Shown piece after piece: positions 1 to 8,127 of a stretch of DNA of 59,235 nucleotides (the stretch's first letter is position 1; the number at the start of each line of letters is the position of its first letter). Under the pieces are notes generated by a model that was given only the letters and a program-made list of their open reading frames with translations, had not been told where the DNA came from and made no database searches. Source of the DNA: a virus. The stretch lies in UHGV virus genome UHGV-0193504, one strand, 5' to 3'. The translations under genes and the position numbers were made by a program.

Positions 1-525
1 ATGAAACGTTTGGTGTTGATGCACGGTGCACCTGGGTCTGGAAAGTCAACGTTCATCCGTGAGCTAGGGCTTGAGTATCTGTCAATCAGCCCTGATAATC
101 TTAGGCTCTTATTCTCTGAGCCGAAAGAAGAAGTTGTAGACAATCGCATTTGCTTGCAGATAAATCAGGACAACAACAAGAAGGTGTGGAATCTTGCGTT
201 TCAGCTTCTGGAAGAGCGCTTGCAGAATGGCTCAAACACATTCTTTGATGCTTGCAATTTCACGCAGGATTACATCTATCGGTACAAGAAGATGGCTGAC
301 CTTTATGGGTTTCAGATCATAGCGCTTGACTTCTCGAGCCTTCCGCTCGATACACTTCTCACACGCAACAAGAAGCGCTTGTATTTTCAAGACGGTCTTC
401 ATTACGTGCCGGAGCGAGTAATCAAGGATATCTATCAAAAGATAGAGCCTATCCCGAAAGGAATCTTTACGATTGACGCGACACAGCCGGACGCACGAGA
501 TAGATTTATGGAATTGTGGTGGTGA
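1..525 (+). CDS. P-loop kinase (AAA_33 / polynucleotide-kinase-like domain)
   Basis: Walker A GAPGSGKST followed by ISPDNLR, DACN and RNKKR motifs; the RBS GAGGTG is at the far end of the window (circular junction). Confidence 0.7.
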   Translation: MKRLVLMHGAPGSGKSTFIRELGLEYLSISPDNLRLLFSEPKEEVVDNRICLQINQDNNKKVWNLAFQLLEERLQNGSNTFFDACNFTQDYIYRYKKMADLYGFQIIALDFSSLPLDTLLTRNKKRLYFQDGLHYVPERVIKDIYQKIEPIPKGIFTIDATQPDARDRFMELWW

Positions 526-529
526 TAGT

Positions 530-736
530 ATGAAGAGCGATTGTGAGCTGGTACGCAAGGGTGAAGTCAAGCGCAGAGGTATCACAGCGGACAGATGGGT
601 CTCATCGAAAGGCAAGGTAATCTATCTGTGCTACGGATACTTTGATTCGATGACAGACGAGCCACTTGATGAGTGCAAGAGATGCAAACATTGGGAGCGG
701 AATGAGGATTTGTACAGAACGTTATTTGATGACTGA
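530..736 (+). CDS. small hypothetical phage protein (Cys-containing)
   Basis: GGTGGTGA RBS then ATG at 530; 68 aa. Confidence 0.5.
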   Translation: MKSDCELVRKGEVKRRGITADRWVSSKGKVIYLCYGYFDSMTDEPLDECKRCKHWERNEDLYRTLFDD

Positions 737-754
737 GGACGGTGAATTGAGCAC

Positions 755-1216
755 GTGAAGAAGCAGGATGTACGGAATAAAGCATACAGACTTGTAGAGA
801 AGGTGCTGCGGAATCAGCGTGGTATCGAGAGGGCGGTGAAAGAAGCGCGGCTACAGCCTGGCGGACACAGCGGCGGATGTGCGGGACATGCGTTTGTGAG
901 CGACCCGACAGCACAGCAAGCCGTGCGGTTGGCAACGGAGCTGAAAGTGGTCACGCTGGATGATGGCTGGACGCTACGGATGCCAGAGCGCTGGCTCACG
1001 ATCGTGAATCACTTGTACGCTGAGTGCCCAGCGACGGAGAGCAATGCGATGCGCTACTACTATAGCGGGCACAACGCCGTGGAGACAGGGGCGCACTGCG
1101 CAATGGATGAGAGCACTGTGTACCGCATCCGGCAGGAGTTCCGGCATATGGCGACGGAGCTGGCTTGTCAGTATGGGCTGGTGAGGGTCGTGAGTGCTGA
1201 GGAGCTGAGAGCATAA
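755..1216 (+). CDS. RinA/ArpU-like late transcriptional regulator
   Basis: SDPTAQQA motif and C-terminal HTH-like segment (AMDESTVYRIR); last gene before the packaging module. Confidence 0.6.
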   Translation: MKKQDVRNKAYRLVEKVLRNQRGIERAVKEARLQPGGHSGGCAGHAFVSDPTAQQAVRLATELKVVTLDDGWTLRMPERWLTIVNHLYAECPATESNAMRYYYSGHNAVETGAHCAMDESTVYRIRQEFRHMATELACQYGLVRVVSAEELRA

Positions 1217-1241
1217 GAGAGAGGTTGAAATGACAGCACAC

Positions 1242-1268
1242 AGGCGGAGCGATTGCCCCGCCTTTTTT
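1242..1268 (+). terminator. intrinsic terminator
   Basis: AGGCGG...CCGCCT stem followed by a T run. Confidence 0.7.
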
Positions 1269-1278
1269 ATTTTGAAAT

Positions 1279-1313
1279 TTTGCAAGTTTTTGAGCTGAAA
1301 AGTGTGGTAGTAT
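1279..1313 (+). promoter_or_regulatory. putative activator-dependent promoter 1
   Basis: TTTGCAAGTTTT, with TTGCAA 22 nt upstream of extended -10 TGTGG-TAGTAT. Confidence 0.55.
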
Positions 1314-1320
1314 ATAAGCA

Positions 1321-1395
1321 TAGGCTTGTGAAAGCCGAAAGCGTTGAGTCAACTCTCCACAGAGTGACAACGGATAGGCCGCAATCGCGGCTTAT
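1321..1395 (+). ncRNA. putative structured ncRNA
   Basis: three hairpins (GGCTT-GTGA-AAGCC; CGTTG..ACTCT-CCAC-AGAGT..CAACG; GCCGC-AATC-GCGGC) directly downstream of a promoter; no credible ORF. Confidence 0.4.
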
Positions 1396-1396
1396 T

Positions 1397-1473
1397 GTGC
1401 CGATGGTGTACGAGGTAACACACCGCATAGCATAGTGCGGAGAAGCGGGTTCGAGTCCTGCGCAGGCACTCCA
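1397..1473 (+). tRNA. degenerate tRNA-like element
   Basis: D stem GTGT/ACAC, anticodon stem CCGCA/TGCGG, T arm GCGGG-TTCGAGT-CCTGC, encoded 3' CCA; only 5 acceptor pairs (GTGCC/GGCAC) and an 8-nt anticodon loop. Confidence 0.55.
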
Positions 1474-1584
1474 AAAGCCAGCCCGTGCCAATGGTTTCTC
1501 TTTCTCAACACTGGCATTTTGTATAACCCTCCTGATTAGATTTTCTACACACGAGAGGACCTGTAATTACAGCAGGCCCTCTTC

Positions 1585-1896
1585 GTGTATCTGGGAGTGA
1601 TCGCGACGACGAAGAAGCTGACACAGCACGATGTACATAAGTTAGAGCGCAAGGGCAAAGTACAGACAGAGTGGCGCGGGCTGATAAAGCTCGTTGACCT
1701 CATCGACATGTGTCTGTATCTCAAGTCGCGAGAGTGGGAGATTGTACCGCCGCAGGGTGACGAGCTGATACGCGCCAGACGAGACGGCACGCAGATTACG
1801 TATCGCTGGGACACTGAGAAGAAGCATATCGTATGCGGACGGCATGAGATGGCGCTGGCGTACTGCTACAAAACCTTCTGGCACGACGAATGGTAA
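1585..1896 (+). CDS. hypothetical phage protein (start uncertain)
   Basis: ORF with phage-like codon usage; GGGAGTGA RBS near 1593 is not followed by an ATG. Confidence 0.5.
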   Translation: MYLGVIATTKKLTQHDVHKLERKGKVQTEWRGLIKLVDLIDMCLYLKSREWEIVPPQGDELIRARRDGTQITYRWDTEKKHIVCGRHEMALAYCYKTFWHDEW

Positions 1897-1913
1897 GAAG
1901 AAATTTGGAAAAC

Positions 1914-1948
1914 TTTGCAAGTTTTACCGGCATTTTATGTGGTATATT
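1914..1948 (+). promoter_or_regulatory. putative activator-dependent promoter 2
   Basis: TTTGCAAGTTTT, with TTGCAA 22 nt upstream of extended -10 TGTGG-TATATT. Confidence 0.55.
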
Positions 1949-1954
1949 AGTAGG

Positions 1955-2041
1955 GTAAGCTGCTATTGAGATAGCACCGCCTATTTAGAGGCGCATATAT
2001 GTGAGAACCGAAAGGGACTAGTCATCTGGCTAGTCTTTTTT
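1955..2041 (+). ncRNA. putative sRNA or attenuated leader ending in a terminator
   Basis: hairpins TGCTAT/ATAGCA and CGCCT/AGGCG, then GACTAG..CTAGTC followed by TTTTTT. Confidence 0.4.
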
Positions 2042-2072
2042 CGTGCGCAGATTAGAGTGGAGAGTGATTGTA

Positions 2073-2390
2073 ATGACGAGAGTGTTTATCTCTCAGCCGA
2101 TGCGCGATAAGACAGATGAGTGCATTGAGAAAGAACGCCGTGCTGCGATCGAGTATGCGAAGAAAGATCTGGGCGAGGATGTTGAAGTGATTGACTCGTT
2201 CTTCAAGGAAGCGCCACATGATGCAAAGCCACTGTGGTTCCTCGGCAAATCATTGGAGCTTCTCAGCGGAGCAGATGTAGCTCTATTTGTCGGCCACTGG
2301 TACGAATATCGAGGTTGCAAGATAGAACATGAGGCGGCAAAGCAGTATGGCATCAAAGTGATGTACTACGATGAAAGGCCGGCAGAATGA
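2073..2390 (+). CDS. DUF4406 / nucleoside 2-deoxyribosyltransferase-like protein
   Basis: VFISQPM, LSGADVALF and RGCKIEHEAA motifs. Confidence 0.7.
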   Translation: MTRVFISQPMRDKTDECIEKERRAAIEYAKKDLGEDVEVIDSFFKEAPHDAKPLWFLGKSLELLSGADVALFVGHWYEYRGCKIEHEAAKQYGIKVMYYDERPAE

Positions 2391-2473
2391 GCGAAGATTT
2401 GCAGATACTAGCGATACTTGCGCTGACGATGGTCGGCACGCTGATCGTGACGGCGGCTATCATCGCGATGTAG
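2387..2473 (+). CDS. 28-aa single-TM micropeptide
   Basis: MSEDLQILAILALTMVGTLIVTAAIIAM; ATGA overlap with the upstream stop. Confidence 0.55.
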   Translation: MSEDLQILAILALTMVGTLIVTAAIIAM

Positions 2474-2490
2474 GAGGATGTGGAAAATAT

Positions 2491-2580
2491 ATGACAGATG
2501 ACCCGATAATGGCATTGATGACGCTGGCGTTGATAGTAATCGGCGTGCTAGTAAATATAGTGACCGGCGGTTCAATGTAG
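2491..2580 (+). CDS. 29-aa single-TM micropeptide
   Basis: MTDDPIMALMTLALIVIGVLVNIVTGGSM; AGGAGG RBS upstream. Confidence 0.55.
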   Translation: MTDDPIMALMTLALIVIGVLVNIVTGGSM

Positions 2581-2595
2581 GAGGATGTGAGATGG

Positions 2596-3078
2596 ATGAG
2601 CGAAAAGAAAGCGGGTAGACGCGGCAAGTACGAAGAGTGGCTTGATAGAGATAGTCTGCTCAAGGTGCAGGGCTGGGCGCGTGACGGTCTCAGCGACGAG
2701 CAGATAGCGCACAACATCGGCATTAACAAAGGTACGCTGTGCGTGTGGAAGAATAGATTTCCCGAATTTGCCGACGCGATTAAAAAGGGTAAAGAAGTCG
2801 TCGATCGTGAAGTCGAGAATGCGATGCTCAAGCGTGCACTCGGCTACGAGTATGATGAGGTCACGCAGGAGCCGGTCACAGACAAAGATACGGGTATCAC
2901 AGAGATGCGCGTAACGAAGCGCGTGACGAAGCAGATTGTACCGGACGTTACAGCACAGATATTCTGGCTCAAGAATCGTAAGCCGGACGAGTTCCGCGAT
3001 AAGCGAGATGTCGAGTTGAGCGGCCACGTCGACCTTGGCAGCATCATCGAGAAAGCGAGAGGGCGAGTAGATGAGTAA
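2596..3078 (+). CDS. terS: terminase small subunit
   Basis: GWARDGLSDEQIA HTH, VENAMLKRALGY and PDVTAQIFWLKNR motifs; directly upstream of terL. Confidence 0.85.
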   Translation: MSEKKAGRRGKYEEWLDRDSLLKVQGWARDGLSDEQIAHNIGINKGTLCVWKNRFPEFADAIKKGKEVVDREVENAMLKRALGYEYDEVTQEPVTDKDTGITEMRVTKRVTKQIVPDVTAQIFWLKNRKPDEFRDKRDVELSGHVDLGSIIEKARGRVDE

Positions 3079-5539
3079 GACATTTGTTGATCTCGTCGCT
3101 TTTCTCGCTGGGTTCTCTCATGATCCGTACAAATTCGTGCTGGCGGCTTTCCCTTGGGGCGAAGGGGAGCTGGCTGGCAAGAATGGGCCGGACGAGTGGC
3201 AGAAAGGTGTACTTAACGACATACGCGACGGGCTGAGGACGCCGGACTCTGTTATTCGTGAAGCCGTTGCATCAGGAAATGGCATTGGCAAGGCTCAACG
3301 GCTTACCGATATTATCGACACGCCTGACGGTCAGCGCAAGTGGGGCGATATCCGCCCGGGAGATTGCGTATTTGGCAGTGATGGAAAAGCGACGAAGGTC
3401 ATTCAATGTAGGCGGTATGAATCTATACCGTTCTACAGAGTACATTTTGATGATGGTGCTTATCTCGATGTATCGAGCGGGCACCTATGGGCGGTCAAGG
3501 GCCGCAACGAGCGACGCAGGGGAAAAGACTGGCGCGTAATGAGCACGCTTGACATACTGCAAGCCGGTGTCACGCGCAAGGCTGGCAGTAATCCTCATGC
3601 GAAGCAGTGGGAGATACCGATTCAGGGGGCTGCTGCGTATCCGGCGCAGGCCGTAGATGTGCCGCCGTACTACTTAGGCGTATGGATTGGCGACGGCGGC
3701 GTTGGCTCGTCTCGTTACACGAAGCCGTATCTTGAGATTCAGGAGAATCTGGAAGTACTCGGGCTTGTGTGCAATCGGTGTGACGGCGATGTCGTATACG
3801 TGCACGGCATGAGTGCGGGGCTTCGCAGCTATGGACTGCTCGATCTTCGCTCGTCTGAGAGATTCATCCCAACTGCCTATAAGTACAACACGGCGAAAGT
3901 GCGCCGCGAGGTGCTGCGTGGGCTGATGGATACGGATGGCGAGGTCAACAAGGCTGGCAGTCTCATCTACTCTACGACGAGCGGGCGGCTGGCTGATGAC
4001 GTGGTGTGGATGGCACGCTCTCTCGGCGGCAAGGCAAGAATGCAGCCGACGAACAAGCGGGGATGGTACTACAAGGACGGTAAACGCGTGGATTGTCGCG
4101 AGTGTTACCGCATTACGATGACTTTGCCATTCAACCCATTCTCGATCAAGCACAGGAAAGAGCGGTACAAGTCTGATATCCAGCACAGATACCGCGCACG
4201 CTACATCGCGTCAATAGAGCCTATTGGCGAGCATGACGGCATGTGTATCACGGTCGATAATGAGGATGGCTTGTATCAGGCGCGTGATTTCATCGTGACG
4301 CACAACTCGGCTATCGTCAGCTGGATAATCATCTGGGCGATGGCTACGCACGAGGATACGCGCGGCGTCGTCACTGCGAATACCGAGGCGCAGCTGAGAG
4401 CTAAGACATGGGCGGAGCTATCTAAGTGGTATCGTCTCTTCATTGCGAGAGATATGTTCACGCTGACAGCTACGTCGATTTTCTGCGTGCAGGAAGGGCA
4501 CGAGCGCACGTGGCGCGTCGATGCTATCCCGTGGAGCAAGGACAATCCGGAAGCATTCGCAGGCTTACATAATCAAGGCAAGCGGATTCTGATGCTCTTC
4601 GACGAGGCGTCGGCAATCTATGATGAAATCTGGAATGTCGCGGAAGGTGCGATGACTGACTCGGACACAGAAATCATCTGGTGTGCGTTCGGCAATCCGA
4701 CCCGCCCGCAAGGCAAGTTCTACGAGTGCTTCCACGGCGCAAAAGCAATGTGGCACACGCGGCAGATTGACTCGCGCAACGTCGCGATCAGCAATAAGCA
4801 GCAGCTTCGCGAGTGGGAAGAGCAGTACGGCGAGGACAGTGACTTCTTCAAAGTTCATGTTCGTGGTATCTTCCCGTCGGCGAGCGACAATCAGCTTATC
4901 TCTCGTCAGCTCGTAGATGTAGCACTCAGGCGGGAGCTAGAGCAGAAGCTCTACAAGTTCGCACCGGTCATCATTGGTGTAGACCCGGCATGGACAGGCG
5001 GCGATATGCTGGCTATCGTCATGCGCCAGGGGCTGTACAGCAAGGTGTTGGAGCTGGTACCGAAGAATGACAATGACCTCGCTGTCGGCAGGAAGATCGC
5101 GAAGTATCAAGACGACTACGGCGCTACGGCGGTCTTTATCGATATGGGCTACGGCACTGGTATCTACTCGGTAGGCCGTGACATGGGGCGCTCAGGCTGG
5201 CGGCTCGTCTCATTTGCTGAAGCAGCTGACGGCGACGAGTACGCGAATAAGCGGGCGGAGATGTGGGCAGAGGTCAAGAAATGGCTCGAAGAGGGCGGCT
5301 CTATCGACGACGAGGGGCTTGCTGACGAGCTGACGGGCCCGGAAGCGTACATCAATCGCAAGGGCAAGCTACAGCTTGAGAGCAAAGACGAGATGAAGAA
5401 GCGAGGGCTGGCGTCACCGAATATGGCGGATGCGCTGGCGCTCACGTTCGCATTTCCGGTCCACATCGACGGAAACCACAATGCGAAGTACCGCAGGGCG
5501 CGCAGGAGCGGCAAGCTCAGGCGTGTGGGTACATTGTGA
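3071..5539 (+). CDS. terL: terminase large subunit containing an intein
   Basis: ASGNGIGK|S Walker A split by the intein, LFDEAS Walker B, FGNP, nuclease IGVDPA and SPNMADALAL. Confidence 0.95.
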   Translation: MSKTFVDLVAFLAGFSHDPYKFVLAAFPWGEGELAGKNGPDEWQKGVLNDIRDGLRTPDSVIREAVASGNGIGKAQRLTDIIDTPDGQRKWGDIRPGDCVFGSDGKATKVIQCRRYESIPFYRVHFDDGAYLDVSSGHLWAVKGRNERRRGKDWRVMSTLDILQAGVTRKAGSNPHAKQWEIPIQGAAAYPAQAVDVPPYYLGVWIGDGGVGSSRYTKPYLEIQENLEVLGLVCNRCDGDVVYVHGMSAGLRSYGLLDLRSSERFIPTAYKYNTAKVRREVLRGLMDTDGEVNKAGSLIYSTTSGRLADDVVWMARSLGGKARMQPTNKRGWYYKDGKRVDCRECYRITMTLPFNPFSIKHRKERYKSDIQHRYRARYIASIEPIGEHDGMCITVDNEDGLYQARDFIVTHNSAIVSWIIIWAMATHEDTRGVVTANTEAQLRAKTWAELSKWYRLFIARDMFTLTATSIFCVQEGHERTWRVDAIPWSKDNPEAFAGLHNQGKRILMLFDEASAIYDEIWNVAEGAMTDSDTEIIWCAFGNPTRPQGKFYECFHGAKAMWHTRQIDSRNVAISNKQQLREWEEQYGEDSDFFKVHVRGIFPSASDNQLISRQLVDVALRRELEQKLYKFAPVIIGVDPAWTGGDMLAIVMRQGLYSKVLELVPKNDNDLAVGRKIAKYQDDYGATAVFIDMGYGTGIYSVGRDMGRSGWRLVSFAEAADGDEYANKRAEMWAEVKKWLEEGGSIDDEGLADELTGPEAYINRKGKLQLESKDEMKKRGLASPNMADALALTFAFPVHIDGNHNAKYRRARRSGKLRRVGTL
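3293..4306 (+). mobile_element. class 3 intein (338 aa) with LAGLIDADG homing endonuclease
   Basis: starts with Ala, ends VTHN|S; W in GHLW, C in GMCITVD, T in VTHN (WCT triad); LGVWIGDG and LRGLMDTDG motifs. Confidence 0.9.
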
Positions 5540-5609
5540 GTGGACATAAACCGAACATAGTACTCAAAATACCGCCCTTATACTTTTCTGTGTACACGGA
5601 GGTGAGACA

Positions 5610-7853
5610 ATGAATCAAAATGATGCCGCGCAGTTTGATGCAGCGCAGAATGCAATGCAGCAGCAAGCGCAGATGCAGCAGGCGGCGGCAATGGCCCCGC
5701 AGGGCGTGGGTTTGTCGGTAAATAACGGCTACGGCTTGCATGATATCGTCTATCCCGTGCCGCAGGACGAGGAAGCCGAGGATATCTCGCTCGATACGCT
5801 CTCGCAGGAAGAGATTGATAAGATCATGCGGGCGTACAAGAATGGCAAGCAAGCCGCTGACAACTACTATCGGGCGACGGTCGAACCGAAGATTATCCGG
5901 CGCTTGAAGCTCTATCGTGCGGACAAAGAGCTGTATAAGAAGAAGTTCCCATCGCTCTCAGAGCTGAATAACTGGGTGTCGAAAGACATCAAGACAACAA
6001 TCGACTGGATTCTGCCGAACCTCATTGAGGTATTCAGCGCGAATGACTCGCCTGTCGATATCGTCGGGCAGTCTGTCGAGGACGATGACAACGCGAAACT
6101 CTTGCAGGAAGTCATCAACTACTTCGTGATGAAGAAGAATAATTTCTTCACGTTCATCGCTACGCTGGCAAAGGATGGCCTCGTCACGAACTTCGGCTGC
6201 GCGAAAGTGTACTGGAATCGTGACGAGACAAGAAAGCCCATGCAGGTGCTTGCGGATGCGCAGATGATGCAGATGCTCGCGATTGAGCAACAGCAGGGAC
6301 GCATTGAGATTACGGATTTACAGCAGGCAGACCCACAAGGCGACTTCCTCATTGTGTCGTTTGATGTGGTTGCAGTCAAGTCGAATACACCGGTGCTGGA
6401 GAACATGTCGCCGTCTGAGTTGCGGTTCACGCATGAGACGAGGGATTTGCACGATGCAAAGTTCGTTGCACAGCGCAAGATTGTCAAAGGTGACTACCTC
6501 AAGCGCAAGGAAATCGAGGGCGTCTACAGTAACATCGACAAAGCGCTTGCACAAGGCGACAATGGTTCCGCCCGCTGGACGACTCTTGACATCGAGCACG
6601 ACAAAGAGCTGACGAACATCAACGAGTTCCTGAGCGACGGCGACACGGCTTCTCGCGAGTACGAGCTGTATGAAGCGTATCTCAAGGTCGACTACAACAA
6701 TGACGGCGTGATGGAGCATGTCATCGTGCACGCTGTTGGCGATACGCCACTCAAGATACAGACAAATACGTTTGAGATGCCGCCGTTCTTCGTGTTCTCA
6801 CCGGAGTACGAGCCTTACTCCATCTTCAATGAGACGGGATTCGCTGAGGAGTGGGAGCAGCTACAGGACTTAAAGACGGCGCTCGTGCGTCAGATCATCA
6901 TTGCGACAGCCAAGAATTGTCGCGGGCAGAAGTTCGTCAACGAGCAGGCGGTAGACATGGACGCGATGATGGACGGTGAGGAGTTTGTACCGACTGAGGG
7001 CGACCCGTCGGAGGCTATCCTTTTCCCGCCGAGTGTGCCCACGGACCCGAACGCGATGACCCTCATCCAGTACGCACAAAATGAACTGGAAAGCCAGTCC
7101 GGCTCGACGCGTTACAATCAGGGCCTTGATAGCAACTCGCTGAACATGACGGCGACTGGCATTTCGGCTATCATGGGCGCGGCGGACAAGAAGATCAAGC
7201 TGATTGCAAGGTTCCTCGCTGAGACAACGTGGATCCCGATTGTGAAGTTCCTGATTCTCTTGTGTCAGAAGTTCCTCGACGACGGGCAGGTCATCCGGCT
7301 TCTCAATCAGGATATCGCTATCCGGCGCGACCAGCTAAATCTCGACTACGACCTCGTTGTCAACGTCGGACAGGGTGCCGGCACGAAGGAAGCGGAGATT
7401 CAGTATCTCATGGTGCTGATTCAGCAGCTCTATCCGACGTTGCAGCAGGTCGGTATCGTCAATGCGACGAGCTGGTACAAGGTCACGAAGGAGCTTTTGG
7501 AACGTATGGGCATCCGCTCGACGGCGAAATTCCTGCTCGACCCGGAGTCGCAGGAGTTCCAGCAGATGCAGGCACAGGCGGCGCAGGCACAGCAGGCGGC
7601 GGAACAGAAGCAGGATGCACTCACGCAGGCGCAGTTGCAGCTTAAGGAGCAGGATATCAAGGCGAAGCAGCTCGCGAAGCTGTCGGCCCGCTTCTCTGAG
7701 TTGCCGATTGATGCGCAGATTCAAGCACTTCAGCAGCTCGGCATCACGACGACGCCGCAGAGCTTTGCGAATAAGGCTATCGAGGATACGCAGAAAGCTA
7801 TCGTAGAGCATTACACGAGCGGCGCAGGAGGTGCAATCTATGGCGGCAAATGA
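5610..7853 (+). CDS. portal protein
   Basis: 747 aa after terL; P22-like portal features (SGSTRYNQG..NMTATGIS) and Q-rich C-terminal coiled coil. Confidence 0.85.
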   Translation: MNQNDAAQFDAAQNAMQQQAQMQQAAAMAPQGVGLSVNNGYGLHDIVYPVPQDEEAEDISLDTLSQEEIDKIMRAYKNGKQAADNYYRATVEPKIIRRLKLYRADKELYKKKFPSLSELNNWVSKDIKTTIDWILPNLIEVFSANDSPVDIVGQSVEDDDNAKLLQEVINYFVMKKNNFFTFIATLAKDGLVTNFGCAKVYWNRDETRKPMQVLADAQMMQMLAIEQQQGRIEITDLQQADPQGDFLIVSFDVVAVKSNTPVLENMSPSELRFTHETRDLHDAKFVAQRKIVKGDYLKRKEIEGVYSNIDKALAQGDNGSARWTTLDIEHDKELTNINEFLSDGDTASREYELYEAYLKVDYNNDGVMEHVIVHAVGDTPLKIQTNTFEMPPFFVFSPEYEPYSIFNETGFAEEWEQLQDLKTALVRQIIIATAKNCRGQKFVNEQAVDMDAMMDGEEFVPTEGDPSEAILFPPSVPTDPNAMTLIQYAQNELESQSGSTRYNQGLDSNSLNMTATGISAIMGAADKKIKLIARFLAETTWIPIVKFLILLCQKFLDDGQVIRLLNQDIAIRRDQLNLDYDLVVNVGQGAGTKEAEIQYLMVLIQQLYPTLQQVGIVNATSWYKVTKELLERMGIRSTAKFLLDPESQEFQQMQAQAAQAQQAAEQKQDALTQAQLQLKEQDIKAKQLAKLSARFSELPIDAQIQALQQLGITTTPQSFANKAIEDTQKAIVEHYTSGAGGAIYGGK

Positions 7854-8127
7854 GACGGCACAAGAAAAGAAGCTGAGGCTCACGCATGAAGCACAGCAGG
7901 GCCGTGAAGCTGAGGAGCTGCTGACGAAGTTCGGCGACAAGTGGGTGATGGCAGCCGGCGAAAAAGCCCTGCTCGACCTGCTCAAAGCCGACACAGTAGA
8001 GGCGCTGATACGGGTACAAGCTGACTACAGAGCGGCCGCAGATCTCTATGGTAAGCTCAAGGCGACCGTCAGCAGAGGAAAGAGGGCGGCGGAAGCGCTG
8101 CACAAGGAGGCATTAAGCAATGGATGA
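7840..8127 (+). CDS. hypothetical head-module protein
   Basis: GGAGGTG RBS; overlaps the portal stop and the scaffold start. Confidence 0.6.
   Translation: MAANETAQEKKLRLTHEAQQGREAEELLTKFGDKWVMAAGEKALLDLLKADTVEALIRVQADYRAAADLYGKLKATVSRGKRAAEALHKEALSNG

Noticed and set aside
1397..1473. Functional canonical tRNA-Met or tRNA-Cys call
   Set aside because: The 8-nt anticodon loop and unpaired acceptor positions 6-7 prevent assigning an identity; kept only as tRNA-like.
1392..1517. 41-codon minus-strand ORF behind AGGAGGG
   Set aside because: It runs antisense through the tRNA-like element and has no recognisable features; the CCCTCCT is equally explained as an anti-SD motif on the plus-strand RNA.
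1555..1580. Similarity AGGACCTGTA..GCAGGCCCT to 38037-38075 as a second att site
   Set aside because: Both are short arms of hairpins with different loops, and there are no arm-type repeats near 1555.
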